Notes: a model not told the origin generated them from the sequence alone. A stretch of DNA of 34,544 nucleotides from Octopus bimaculoides (GCF_001194135.2 NC_069003.1:12636217-12670760), one strand, 5' to 3'. Numbered from the stretch's first letter, positions 1 to 12,260 are shown. Made by a program: numbers and translations.

Positions 1-153
1 ATATATAATACAAAGAATATATATACATGTATACACTCATATATGTACATACTTACATCTACATGTGTATATATATGCATATCAGGGTACAGGACGTTAG
101 AACAATGAACTACAGACAACGGAACGAACACATAGGAAAACGGAAAGCCACTT

Positions 154-199
154 GGAATATTCCTTCATCAGCTGTCTCTATTCTAACTAGACGTTTCGA

Positions 200-201
<2 letters not shown>
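154..201 (-). ncRNA. Hammerhead-ribozyme-like motif (Penelope-type minimal HHR boxes)
   Basis: The minus strand reads CTTC-GAAACGTC (190-197)...CTGATGA (165-171)-A-GGAATATTCC (palindrome, 154-163). Both catalytic boxes are present, but in permuted order and with a poor stem I. Confidence 0.45.
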
Positions 202-234
<33 letters not shown>

Positions 235-596
235 TTGTAAATGCAAAAACACAAAGGATTCTGCGGTACACGTGTTTCAAGCTTTATATCAGTGTATAAT
301 TGACAATACAAAGCTATCTTCAGCCGCAAAAGTATTTCTCTCCCCAAAAATTATATCACATCGGCGTTAAAGGAGGAAGAAAGGTGAGATATAAGGGGTG
401 AGGTTCCTTTTGGTATTTTGCATTGTACTATACATTATATATATACACGCGCGCGTATATATATTTATGAAAGTTTGTGGCCTGGTGTTAAGGTATNNNN
501 NNNNNNNNNNNNNNNNNNNNNNNNNNNNNNNNNNNNNNNNNNNNNNNNNNNNNNNNNNNNNNNNNNNNNNNNNNNNNNNNNNNNNNNNNNNNNNNN

Positions 597-650
597 TAGT
601 AGTAGTAGTAGTAGTAGTAGTAGTAGCAGTAGTAGTAGCAGTAGCAACAG
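597..650 (+). repeat. (TAG/CAG)n microsatellite
   Basis: Direct reading. Confidence 0.95.
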
Positions 651-780
651 TCGTAGTGGCGTTGATAGTACTGGCGGTGGTAGTACTGGCGGTGGTGCTG
701 GTGGTTGTGATGGAGACGATGTCGATGATGCTGGTGGTAGTTATGTTGATCGTGATGCTGATAGTGATGTTAGAGGTGGT

Positions 781-1001
781 CTGGGTGGTAGTGGTCTGGG
801 TGGTAGTGGTCTGGGTGGTAGTGGTCTGGGTGGTAGTGGTCTGGGTTGTAGTGGTCTGGGTGGTAGTGGTCTGGGTGGTAGTGGTGTTAGTGTTACNNNN
901 NNNNNNGTGGTCTGGGTTGTAGTGGTCTGGGTGGTAGTGGTCTGGGTGGTAGTGGCCTGGGTTGTAGTGGTCTGGGTGGTAGTGGTCTGGGTGGTAGTGG
1001 T
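781..1001 (+). repeat. 15-bp minisatellite CTGGGTGGTAGTGGT, 7 + 6 copies either side of a 10-N gap
   Basis: Direct tandem copies. Both blocks end in gttagtgttac, so the second block may be an assembly duplicate. Confidence 0.9.
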
Positions 1002-1240
1002 GTTAGTGTTACTATGATATCGAGGACAGTGGTGTTCGTGGTGATGGTGGTGGTGGTAGTGCAGGTGGTTCTAGTATTGTTGTGATCGTTTGTAGTTGTT
1101 GCTAAGTGCCAGGTCAAATTTGTTCTAGTAAATCCTATTATCAAAAGCGTTCCAGCCTTGACCACCACCTCCTTTTCACACTATGTAGGACTACATTATC
1201 CAATGCATCTCTTCATTTTCTTTTTTCAGACGGTGCATTG

Positions 1241-1385
1241 CTGTGGTTCTCAACCGAGGTTCATATGGCCCATATCGTCCATATGGGGTGTGGGGGTGTG
1301 GCTATATAGTCCTTAGGGTTACATATAGCCCTTGGGGGTCTATATGGTTCTTGGAGGTCCATAAAAGGTTTTGTCGTTAAAATTT
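1241..1385 (+). mobile_element. Partial hAT-type MITE end, same family as 21985-22334
   Basis: Starts ctgtggttctcaaccgaggttcatatgg and matches the reverse complement of the right end of the 21985-22334 element. Confidence 0.6.
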
Positions 1386-1407
1386 ATGTGTAATAAATTA
1401 GTTATAC

Positions 1408-1515
1408 GGCTGTGTGGTAGGAAGCTTGCTCCACAACCACATGGTTCCGGATTCAGTCCTACTGCCTGGCACCATCGGCCAAAGCCTTATGAGGGAGTTT
1501 GGTAGATGAAATGTA
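1408..1515 (+). mobile_element. SINE group A head with internal deletion
   Basis: ggctgtgtggtaggaagcttgct...ggattcagtcctactgc...ggccaaagccttatgag; homologous to 8420-8580. Confidence 0.8.
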
Positions 1516-1519
1516 TATG

Positions 1520-1550
<31 letters not shown>

Positions 1551-2353
1551 NNNNNNNNNNNNNNNNNNNNNNNNNNNNNNNNNNNNNNNNNNNNNNNNNN
1601 NNNNNNNNNNNNNNNNNNNNNNNNNNNNNNNNNNNNNNNNNNNNNNNNNNNNNNNNNNNNNNNNNNNNNNNNNNNNNNNNNNNNNNNNNNNNNNNNNNNN
1701 NNNNNNNNNNNNNNNNNNNNNNNNNNNNNNNNNNNNNNNNNNNNNNNNNNNNNNNNNNNNNNNNNNNNNNNNNNNNNNNNNNNNNNNNNNNNNNNNNNNN
1801 NNNNNNNNNNNNNNNNNNNNNNNNNNNNNNNNNNNNNNNNNNNNNNNNNNNNNNNNNNNNNNNNNNNNNNNNNNNNNNNNNNNNNNNNNNNNNNNNNNNN
1901 NNNNNNNNNNNNNNNNNNNNNNNNNNNNNNNNNNNNNNNNNNNNNNNNNNNNNNNNNNNNNNNNNNNNNNNNNNNNNNNNNNNNNNNNNNNNNNNNNNNN
2001 NNNNNNNNNNNNNNNNNNNNNNNNNNNNNNNNNNNNNNNNNNNNNNNNNNNNNNNNNNNNNNNNNNNNNNNNNNNNNNNNNNNNNNNNNNNNNNNNNNNN
2101 NNNNNNNNNNNNNNNNNNNNNNNNNNNNNNNNNNNNNNNNNNNNNNNNNNNNNNNNNNNNNNNNNNNNNNNNNNNNNNNNNNNNNNNNNNNNNNNNNNNN
2201 NNNNNNNNNNNNNNNNNNNNNNNNNNNNNNNNNNNNNNNNNNNNNNNNNNNNNNNNNNNNNNNNNNNNNNNNNNNNNNNNNNNNNNNNNNNNNNNNNNNN
2301 NNNNNNNNNNNNNNNNNNNNNNNNNNNNNNNNNNNNNNNNNNNNNNNNNNNNN

Positions 2354-2757
2354 TTTAATAAGGAAAAGCAATAGAAAACTCCAGCTAAGTCACAAATATT
2401 TACTCACAATCAACTTTTATTTCATGGTTTGCTTGTATTCAATGTGGACCGTATCAGTATATCAAAAGCAAGTTCATCATGGAACTAAATAAAAAATTTG
2501 CTTTGCTTGAGGCGATTCCATAGAAGGGAAATGGAAAAACTTCGATACGGCATTCAACCAGACAACCAAAGAAGTACTCAGTGGATCGCATTGATGTCGC
2601 CCGTGCTGCAGATGGTGGTCACATTGAACACTTGTAAGGCAGGAAATAAAAGTTGATTGTGAGTAAATACTTGTGACTCAGCTGGAGTCTTCTCTTGCTT
2701 TTCCTTACTAAAATATTGCGTAATGAAATTGGTTCATTCTTTTTGGAAAACCCTGTA
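2354..2757 (+). mobile_element. Internally deleted Tc1/mariner element with long TIRs (left end in gap)
   Basis: 70-bp inverted repeat at 2354-2423 / 2643-2712 (65/70 identity). 2587-2637 encodes RIDVARAADGGHIEHL*, typical of a Tc1/mariner transposase C-terminus. The right end is ...aaaaccctg|TA (2751-2757). Confidence 0.8.
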
Positions 2758-3148
2758 CTATGATGTTTTAAACATCGAATGAATTGCAGGGTCCATCTGA
2801 GAAAAGTAGGAACCAAAGGAGCCCATAAGTAAAACCTGATTGAGAAACACTAGTGTACAGTGATTTAAGAAGGGTTTGGTTGCTATTTCTTTCACATAAC
2901 GCGACCACATAGGGGCTCCATTTTATTGACGCGTAATGGCTGTTGTTGCTGTTGTTGTTGAGCAGATTCATTCCATCCTTGACCACCCTGTCTTTGTATT
3001 TTCTAACACAGCATGCTACGACGGAATGTATCTTTTAAATGAAAGGGTGTTATGAGGATGATCTGGACGCTATTTCTAGCAAATTACGTGACCACATAGA
3101 GGTTTCTTATTTAACTCGGGGCTTGCAATAATGATGGAGATGTTTAAT

Positions 3149-3157
3149 AGTTGCATA

Positions 3158-3200
<43 letters not shown>

Positions 3201-3682
3201 TATGTATATGTGTGTGTCTATGTGTGTACGCATGTGTACGGTGTGAGTATGGGTGTGTGTGTGTCTGTGTGTGTGAATGTGTCTGTGTGTGTGCGTCTAC
3301 ATGTGTGTGTGTGCTGTGGATATATATATATGTGTGTATGTGTATGCATATATGTGAATGTGTCCTGTGTGTATGTTTATATATACATGTGTGTGTACGT
3401 GAGTGCTGTGTGAGTGTATGCCTTGCGTGTTGTGTGTGAGGGTATGTGTGTGTTGTGTGAGAGTGTATGTGAGCTGTGTATGCGGGTCTACGTATGTGTA
3501 TGTGTGCCACATTTAAGCATGTGGTTGTGTGTATATGCGTGTATGCATATCTATGTATGCATCTATGTGTGTGTTTCCGTGTATATATATATATATGTTG
3601 TGTGTGTGTGTGTGTGTTCATGTGGTTGTATTTGTATGCGTGCGTGTGTGTTCGTGTAGTTGTGTCTGTGTGTGTGTATTTG

Positions 3683-3714
<32 letters not shown>

Positions 3715-3720
3715 CGTGCA
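3149..3720. repeat. Compound (TG)/(AG)/(TA) low-complexity tract
   Basis: Direct reading; source of the CVCV/THTH pseudo-ORFs. Confidence 0.95.
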
Positions 3721-3909
3721 GCTCCATTTGTAGACGGTGTCAGCCATACTATTATAAAACAAGTGAATCATATTCGACAGTTTATGTATTATAAATAGTA
3801 GCCACGGTTGTGTGTGTGTGTGTGTGTACTTGAGAGTTTGTGTGATTGTAACTGTGTTTAAGTGTGTATAACTGCGAGTTATTAAAAATCCTCATAAATA
3901 CACACAGTC

Positions 3910-3992
3910 GGCGCAGGCGTGGTTGGGTGATAAGAACTTTGCTTCCCAACAATATGGTTTTGGGTTCAGTCCCACAGTGTGGCACATTGGAC
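3910..3992 (+). mobile_element. SINE group A tRNA-like head only
   Basis: ggcgcaggcgtggttgggtgataag...gggttcagtcccacagtgtggcac, with A-box-like and B-box-like motifs. Confidence 0.8.
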
Positions 3993-4014
3993 ACATTGGA
4001 GGAGGAGGAGCATG

Positions 4015-4415
4015 AGGTCGATGTTGAGGAAATTCAAATGTGTCTTTATGATCCAGAAATGAAGCCTCCTCTTTCTATGGAACAGTGTCTCATACACACC
4101 TCTTCTCTAAGTCCTAAAAANNNNNNNNNNAACAGTGTCTCATACACACCTCTTCTCTAAGTCCTAAAAAATGTAAGAACCAGCGATCAGTAGAGAAAGT
4201 CGTGGGGACTGTCTTTTTGGATGACAAAGAGGATCATTCTGCTTGATTTTTCTGGAATATGGCTGTGCCATGATCATCAACACACTCAAGAAAGCTTAGA
4301 GAAGCCATTAGGAGGAAGAAACCAAACAAGAATCTGAAAGGCATCCATATTCATTCTGACAATCTCTGACCACAAAAATCTTTGGCAACAAACTAAGCAA
4401 TCAACAAAATGGGTG
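4015..4415 (+). pseudogene. Decayed mariner (DD34D) transposase fragment, N-terminal half of the catalytic domain
   Basis: Translates as CLYDPEMK...SPKKCKNQRSVEKVVGTVFLD / IILLDF / LEYG / RKLREAIRRKKPNKNLKGIHIHSDN, matching the mariner YDPE, KVMxxVFWD and HxDNA motifs. Contains stops and frameshifts. Confidence 0.8.
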
Positions 4416-4427
4416 GCTCGAAGGTCT

Positions 4428-4697
4428 CGAAAGTAAAATGTGCTAAAGTAAAATGTAAAGTTACGTTCTCGAATCATGCCAACCCATAAGGGCTGGTTTC
4501 CCGGTTTCCATGGCGTATAAATTCCCAGCATGGACGGGTCACCGGTCCGTCGCAGGATTACACATTTTTGCAATCTGAGTTGACTGGAGCAACGTGAAAT
4601 GAAGTGCTTTGCTCAAGAACACCCGGTTCAAGAATAGAACCCACAATCTCACGATTAGGAATCCAACACCTTAACCACTAAGCCACACACCTCCACC
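4428..4697 (-). mobile_element. SINE group C (CORE-like), tail type tacgccatggaaaccggg
   Basis: The reverse complement has a tRNA-like head, cttgagcaaagcacttcatttcacgttgctccagtc, and a (TTTAC)-rich tail. Confidence 0.75.
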
Positions 4698-4863
4698 ACA
4701 CCGTGCACCTATTCAAGCAACGCCGATTTGACGGAGAGAGTGAGCTTATGTGAACACAAACATTTGATCACTATCAGGTAAACCATCTGAGTTGATTGTT
4801 CACCAAGAAATTGCAAAAACCCTCATACGTCATCCAACGACGGGAGAGTCCATCACACACACA

Positions 4864-4917
<54 letters not shown>

Positions 4918-6302
4918 TTTATCCATCCTTTGCCGAGTAAAATAAGATCAATCAATTAACAAAAAAACAAAACAAACTGTAATATCAATACTTAACGAGA
5001 GAGCGTCTAACTGGTGACACAACCTGTTTAAGAAATAGCAGCTAAGTCATGGACAGATTACTTCCTGTCATCTTGTTAAGGTAAGGAGCCATTTAATAAA
5101 GTAATCCTAAAAACGTTATAAAAAAAGAAATGAATGAAACACGAGATAAAAACACTATAGTCTCGGTTGGTATGGTTTTCCTCATAGGCCCCCACGGCTA
5201 GGAGTGGCCTGTGGTTAAACAGCGCCCTCACCGCCTCCGCCACCTCCTGCGTCAATGTAGTGTTGTCTAGAGTCATATGTTTTGTGACTCAAATGATTTT
5301 CTGCCCACCTCATTCATATCGCTAAAACCTTCCCTAGGTCTCAACCAATATACGCCCTTCGTGCTTCACTAGATATATGACACCCTTACACCCTCTTTCT
5401 CCTGCCTACCCTCATTCACACACGCACACGTACACACATACGCACACACTTACACGTACAGGCACACACATACACGTGTGTGTATATACTATGGACAAGT
5501 ATATTATATATATATATATATATNNNNNNNNNNNNNNNNNNNNNNNNNNNNNNNNNNNNNNNNNNNNNNNNNNNNNNNNNNNNNNNNNNNNNNNNNNNNN
5601 NNNNNNNNNNNNNNNNNNNNNNNNNNNNNNNNNNNNNNNNNNNNNNNNNNNNNNNNNNNNNNNNNNNNNNNNNNNNNNNNNNNNNNNNNNNNNNNNNNNN
5701 NNNNNNNNNNNNNNNNNNNNNNNNNNNNNNNNNNNNNNNNNNNNNNNNNNNNNNNNNNNNNNNNNNNNNNNNNNNNNNNNNNNNNNNNNNNNNNNNNNNN
5801 NNNNNNNNNNNNNNNNNNNNNNNNNNNNNNNNNNNNNNNNNNNNNNNNNNNNNNNNNNNNNNNNNNNNNNNNNNNNNNNNNNNNNNNNNNNNNNNNNNNN
5901 NNNNNNNNNNNNNNNNNNNNNNNNNNNNNNNNNNNNNNNNNNNNNNNNNNNNNNNNNNNNNNNNNNNNNNNNNNNNNNNNNNNNNNNNNNNNNNNNNNNN
6001 NNNNNNNNNNNNNNNNNNNNNNNNNNNNNNNNNNNNNNNNNNNNNNNNNNNNNNNNNNNNNNNNNNNNNNNNNNNNNNNNNNNNNNNNNNNNNNNNNNNN
6101 NNNNNNNNNNNNNNNNNNNNATATATATATATATATATACATATATACATATACATGTATAGATATAAATATATATATATATGGATATAGATATACATAT
6201 AGATATTTATTTGTGTGTGTTTGTCTATCATATAGCACATATTTATGTTTATACACGCATACTTACACACTCTTACAAAACACATACACACACACACACT
6301 AC

Positions 6303-6440
6303 GGTCTTGGTGTGTTAACGTCCAGGTCGGCTAGCGGTTCAGCAAAAGAGACTGATAGAATAATTACCAGACTGAAAAGAATAAGAACTGGGATCGAATC
6401 GTTCGACTAAAATTCTTGAAGGAGGTGCCCCAGCATGGGC
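6303..6440 (+). mobile_element. SINE group A 3' part
   Basis: tagcggttcagcaaaagagactgatagaataa...aaggaggtgccccagcatgg; homologous to 7190-7340 reversed. Confidence 0.75.
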
Positions 6441-6583
6441 AATAATAAATAACAATGATAAATAAAAAATATCGGAGGCAGAAGAATATCATCCTAGAAG
6501 TGTTTTTAAACGCAATACCTCCATTAAAGATATTTGAGGACTAATACCACTGTAAATATACATTTGGTGATTGACATAAAGTA

Positions 6584-6905
6584 CGAAGGTCGGCTGAAAT
6601 GTTAATAGGCTGACCAAAATACTCTCATGCAATGAAACCAATGAGGTTTATTTTTAAACATAGCCCCCTCCACACCACCACCACTCTTTGCGGTCCACAC
6701 GATTCTACCATCAGTGTTGCTGTGCTTGGATCCCGTTTGTGAAAAGGCTTTCATCCTGTTCGTCGAAAAAGTCAACAAACAGCAGATATGACGTCTGCAT
6801 CATTGCGACATTGGTTCCCAGCAACGTAATTTTTTCATGTTGAAGGAACAAATGATAATGAAGTGGAGGCAGAATCTGAAGCATAGGGACGGCTAATCAA
6901 TGATA
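6584..6905 (-). mobile_element. Mariner element 3' end: transposase C-terminus plus TIR
   Basis: The reverse complement gives a degenerate HPPYSPDLAPSDYHLF, then AGNQCRNDADVISAV-DFFDEQDESLFTNGIQAQQH...VDRK-GGYV. The terminus is TA|cgaaggtcggctgaaa at 6582-6600. Confidence 0.8.
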
Positions 6906-7140
6906 AACAGAAAGTTATTTTAATCTAATACAGCATCTGTTGCTTATTAGGAATTTTATTCAGCCGGGCGGCTCTTCGCAAAATCAGTGAGTGTTCATTC
7001 ACAGTTACCCTTTATCGATGGCGACAGATATCGTCTTAGCATGCGGTTGGGTGTGAGCACGTGCTACTGAAAACGCTTACTTAGGCCGAAATGCTGCATC
7101 TGGCATTCACGCTGCTGGTGCTATTACGATTTTCATTTGA

Positions 7141-7182
<42 letters not shown>

Positions 7183-7184
<2 letters not shown>

Positions 7185-7419
7185 TTTATTCTTTTATTTG
7201 TTTCAGTTAAATGACTACGTCTATGCTGGAGCGCCGCCTTTAAAGGTTTTAGGCGAACAAATCGACGCTAGAACTTATGCTTTTAAAGCCTAGTACTTAT
7301 TCTATCAGTCACTTTTACCGAACCGCTAGGTTGCGTAGACGTACACTGAGCGGCACCAGTTGTTAAGACATCGTGGGGGACAGACACAAAGACACACACA
7401 CACACGCACGCACACACAC

Positions 7420-7456
<37 letters not shown>

Positions 7457-7640
7457 TATAAATATATATATATATATACACAAATATATATACAACGGGC
7501 TTCTTTCAGTTTCGGTCCACCAAATCCACTCACAAACGTTTTGTCGGACCGAAGCTATAGTAGAAGACACTTGCCCAAGGTGCCATGCAGTGGGACTGAA
7601 CCTGAAACCATGTGGTTGGGAAGTAAGCTTCTTACCATAC
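7183..7640 (-). mobile_element. Near full-length SINE group A with central (TG)/(TA) microsatellite
   Basis: Head at 7495-7640, microsatellite at 7385-7490, 3' part at 7183-7380 ending in actgaaacaaataaaagaataa. Confidence 0.88.
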
Positions 7641-7676
7641 ATTTATATTTATACGTATGTATGCATGTAAGCATGG

Positions 7677-7725
<49 letters not shown>

Positions 7726-8139
7726 AGAGATCTTATACCGGTAAATTTGCAGTAAATTTGCTTTCTGTAATATTTTTACATTAAATACGACACAAATGAC
7801 TTATTCTACTCTTATATTCATTCCCTCTACTCTGCACACATAAAATTTTGACCTTATTTGCTTGCATGGCTACATTACTAAAATCTTTAAAGGAGAATAA
7901 ATGTGCTTTTAACGTATTTTAAAAGCTGTTTGACTACTGACTCTTACCTTTTTTTTTATAAGCTTGATTAAATTTTGAAATTATACAAGAGATTCCTGTA
8001 AGTTTTCGAATTGAAGACGTTGCTTGTATGTAAGTTGATAGTATCTTTCGGAAAGAAAAACGTTATCCCTTCCATTCTTAATACACCTTGCGTTTTCGTT
8101 ATTAGATATTTAGTGTACAATTTTTGGGTAGTGTTGCTT

Positions 8140-8320
8140 ATCTTTTATCCTTTATCTTCTCAATCGTTAGACTGCGGCCTTGCTGGTACACCGACTTGAA
8201 GGGTTTAGTCGAATAAATCGACCTCTTTTTAGACCTGGTACTTACTCTGCCGGGTGCATTTGTTGAACCGCTATGTTACGGGGGCCTGAACAAACCAATG
8301 CAAGTTGTCGAACTGCAATG
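8140..8320 (-). mobile_element. SINE group A 3' part
   Basis: gcggccttgctggtacaccgacttgaagggtttagtcgaa...gaaccgctatgttacgggg; homologous to the other group A tails. Confidence 0.7.
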
Positions 8321-8419
8321 TTCATAAACGCACACACACTCCATTCATACATACATACATACTTACATACTACATTCATACACACACACGCACGCACGTA
8401 TGTCTCTGTGTGTGTGCAT

Positions 8420-8795
8420 TGGAGTGGCTTTGAGGTAAGAAGCTTGCTTCCCGACCAAATGGTTTCAGGTTTAGTCCCACTCCGTGGCACTTTGGGCAAG
8501 TGTCTTCAACTATAGTCCCGGGCCGACCAGAGCCTTGTGAGTGGATTTGGTTGACGGAAACTAAAAGAAGCCCGTCGTGTATATATTCGAATGCGCGTGT
8601 GTGTGTATGCGCACGCGTGTTTTTGTCCTCATCTACCAGTTGACAATCAGTGTTGGTTCCTTTTCGTTTCCGTAACTTAGCGGTTCGGCATGAAGAGGCT
8701 GACAGAATATGTGCCAGGATAAAAAAACAAAAAAAAAAAAAACTACAATACAGGAGTCGCTTTGTTCGACAAACAGCTGAAACAAGTAAAAGTTA
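8420..8795 (+). mobile_element. Full-length SINE group A
   Basis: Head ggagtggctttgaggtaagaagcttgcttccc...ggcactttgggcaagtgtcttc...aagaagcccgtcg, followed by a short TG tract, gtaacttagcggttcggca and ctgaaacaagtaaaag. Confidence 0.88.
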
Positions 8796-8940
8796 AAAAC
8801 GTTGATGATTATGATAAATTTATGATAGCTTCTGATGGTGATGATAGATTGAAGGATATGGTTTTTAGAGAATATACGGAAGAATCTCGTATAAAAATAG
8901 AGATTCAACAGAGCTGTGAATGTAATGAAATATATTTTGC

Positions 8941-9135
8941 CTTTTATCTTTTACATGTTTCAGTCATGAAACTGCGCCCATACTGGGGCACCACCTTCAA
9001 GAATTTTTAGTCGAATGGATCGATCTCAGTACTTTTTATTATTTTTTAAAGCCTGGTATTTATTCTGTGGATCTCTTTTGTCGAAGCTCTAAGTTACGAG
9101 AACGTAAACATACCAGCACCCGGCAGGGGCGATGC

Positions 9136-9180
<45 letters not shown>

Positions 9181-9455
9181 AAAAGAAAACACACGACTCG
9201 CTTGGAGTGAATTTACNNNNNNNNNNATCAGTGTATTCACACACGTACACATACACATAGAAATACCCATACGCATACACACACACACACACACACACAG
9301 ATGTAAACATATACACGCACATACACACGTACACACAAGCATAAATATACACGCGTACATAGAAGATACATGCCCAAAGTGCCATGCAGTGGGACTGAAC
9401 CCAGAACCACGTGGTTTTGGAGCAAACTTGTTATCACACAGCCACACCGACGCCT
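8941..9455 (-). mobile_element. SINE group A, interrupted (3' part 8941-9130, head 9360-9455)
   Basis: Homology to the other copies; the middle is microsatellite plus a duplicated block and a gap. Confidence 0.75.
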
Positions 9456-9605
9456 ACAACATATTCAACAGTTGTACGTGATTTTCAAACTCTCGCTTCC
9501 TGCGTTTGTCGTTCTCACCAGTTTCGTGGTCGCAGACGACGGTTGTGACGTTGCGCTTTCTCTTCTGGTAAAACCATCTTCAAAACGTATAGGCAGGGGC
9601 GATGC

Positions 9606-9648
<43 letters not shown>

Positions 9649-10301
9649 NNNNNNNNNNNNNNNNNNNNNNNNNNNNNNNNNNNNNNNNNNNNNNNNNNNN
9701 AGGAGATATCAGTGTATTCACACACGTACACATACACATAGAAATACCCATACGCATACACACACACACACACACAGATGTAAACATATACACGCACATA
9801 CACACGTACACACAAGCATAAATATACACGCGTACACAAACATAGACATACAGACACACACACACGCATAAGCATACACGTACACACACTTATTAGCATA
9901 CGCACGTACACACACATAAGCATACGCACATAAACATACACACCAAGCATACACACACATAAAACGTGTACATCTCGATCTTATTCATACACACGCAAAC
10001 AGGTGTATGTGTGTGTGTGTCTGTCCGTGTACGTATGTAAGTGTATATACGTATCTTTGATTGTGTGTGCGTATGAGTATTATATTTTTATATACACATA
10101 CACCTGCGTGTAGATGTGTCCAGGTGTGTCTATATGAGTGGAAATAATTGAAATAAACAACAATCTAATAACATATATACATGTATATCAATCTTTTGAA
10201 TTGAATGTAAACAGGTCTGGGTTTTTTTTGTTTTTGTTTTAAATCTCTTCAGGATTTTGACGACATTGCTATTAAAGTAAGGCATTATTGCAACAACAAG
10301 A

Positions 10302-10340
<39 letters not shown>

Positions 10341-10623
10341 NNNNNNNNNNCGCGCGAAAAGAAAACACACGACTCGCTTGGAGTGAATTTACGGAGGAGA
10401 TATCAGTGTATTCACACACGTACACATACACATAGAAATACCCATACGCATACACACACACACACACACAGATGTAAACATATACACGCACATACACACG
10501 TACACACAAGCATAAATATACACGCGTACACAAACATAGACATACAGACACACACACACGCATAAGCATACACGTACACACACTTATTAGCATACGCACG
10601 TACACACACATAAGCATACGCAC
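9175..10623 (+). repeat. Three near-identical copies of a (CA)-rich block (about 9175-9357, 9701-9905, 10351-10623), probably assembly redundancy
   Basis: atcagtgtattcacacacgtacacatacacatagaaatacccatacgc recurs three times, each copy adjacent to an N gap. Confidence 0.8.
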
Positions 10624-11726
10624 NNNNNNNNNNNNNNNNNNNNNNNNNNNNNNNNNNNNNNNNNNNNNNNNNNNNNNNNNNNNNNNNNNNNNNNNNNNNN
10701 NNNNNNNNNNNNNNNNNNNNNNNNNNNNNNNNNNNNNNNNNNNNNNNNNNNNNNNNNNNNNNNNNNNNNNNNNNNNNNNNNNNNNNNNNNNNNNNNNNNN
10801 NNNNNNNNNNNNNNNNNNNNNNNNNNNNNNNNNNNNNNNNNNNNNNNNNNNNNNNNNNNNNNNNNNNNNNNNNNNNNNNNNNNNNNNNNNNNNNNNNNNN
10901 NNNNNNNNNNNNNNNNNNNNNNNNNNNNNNNNNNNNNNNNNNNNNNNNNNNNNNNNNNNNNNNNNNNNNNNNNNNNNNNNNNNNNNNNNNNNNNNNNNNN
11001 NNNNNNNNNNNNNNNNNNNNNNNNNNNNNNNNNNNNNNNNNNNNNNNNNNNNNNNNNNNNNNNNNNNNNNNNNNNNNNNNNNNNNNNNNNNNNNNNNNNN
11101 NNNNNNNNNNNNNNNNNNNNNNNNNNNNNNNNNNNNNNNNNNNNNNNNNNNNNNNNNNNNNNNNNNNNNNNNNNNNNNNNNNNNNNNNNNNNNNNNNNNN
11201 NNNNNNNNNNNNNNNNNNNNNNNNNNNNNNNNNNNNNNNNNNNNNNNNNNNNNNNNNNNNNNNNNNNNNNNNNNNNNNNNNNNNNNNNNNNNNNNNNNNN
11301 NNNNNNNNNNNNNNNNNNNNNNNNNNNNNNNNNNNNNNNNNNNNNNNNNNNNNNNNNNNNNNNNNNNNNNNNNNNNNNNNNNNNNNNNNNNNNNNNNNNN
11401 NNNNNNNNNNNNNNNNNNNNNNNNNNNNNNNNNNNNNNNNNNNNNNNNNNNNNNNNNNNNNNNNNNNNNNNNNNNNNNNNNNNNNNNNNNNNNNNNNNNN
11501 NNNNNNNNNNNNNNNNNNNNNNNNNNNNNNNNNNNNNNNNNNNNNNNNNNNNNNNNNNNNNNNNNNNNNNNNNNNNNNNNGAGGATTACGAAGAAGAAAG
11601 AGGCTGCGTTGAAGACAAACATTTTGCTTGAAAAACATTTGTTATCCATTTTTAAATAACAAATAATATCGAAATTGATTGTTTGCAAACAACAATAACA
11701 TCACCACCACCACCACCACCACCATC

Positions 11727-11770
<44 letters not shown>

Positions 11771-12057
11771 TATTTTTCTCTATTTTGTCCGACATAAACA
11801 GAAGGTCAGAAATGTTTGGAGTAAACGGGTGCAATTGATTCTGTCCATCTCAACAATTTGATCAGGGATTATTGATAATTTGATTATCGATCTCCCGGCG
11901 GCGGCAAGATTAAAGAACAAAACAGAGACATCGGACGACATTTAAGGTTAAGAAGGGAATGGACGCTCGAGCAAGTCTGTCAACTTACAGTCCTTCAAGT
12001 AAGGAAGTAAATAAATAAATAAGTAAATAAATAAATAAATAAATAAATAAATGGTGG

Positions 12058-12260
12058 TTTCTGAATTAGGCACAAGGCCAGCAATTTTGAAGGGAGGGGT
12101 AAGTCGATGCCATCGACCCCAGCACTTGTCTGGTACTTTATTTTATCGGCCCCCGGAGATATGAAAAGCAGAGTGATCCAGGTAGAATTTTGAAGTCAAA
12201 ACGTAAACCTTTAGAAGGAATATCACTAGGTATTTTGTCTGATGCTCTAACGACCCTTTC
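12058..12260 (-). mobile_element. SINE group B, degenerate
   Basis: ggcacaaggccagcaattttg...catcgaccccagcacttg..tggtacttt; homologous to 24114-24316. Confidence 0.75.

Noticed and set aside
418-1017. Ser/Gly-rich ORF with GLGGS repeats resembling a structural (suckerin- or cuticle-like) protein
   Set aside because: It is built from GGT/AGT microsatellite and a 15-bp minisatellite across two gaps. All frames are open simply because the repeats lack stops. There is no signal peptide or splice support.
4081-4170. Exact 40-bp direct repeat
   Set aside because: Identical copies flank a 10-N gap, indicating an unmerged contig overlap.
8762-9010. 82-aa ORF with protein-like composition (MFDKQLKQVKV...)
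   Set aside because: It begins inside a SINE tail and ends inside another SINE. No recognisable domain or splice sites.
9175-10623. Triplicated block as a real segmental duplication
   Set aside because: The copies are essentially identical and each borders an N gap in (CA)-rich DNA, most likely scaffolding or haplotype redundancy. Long reads would decide.
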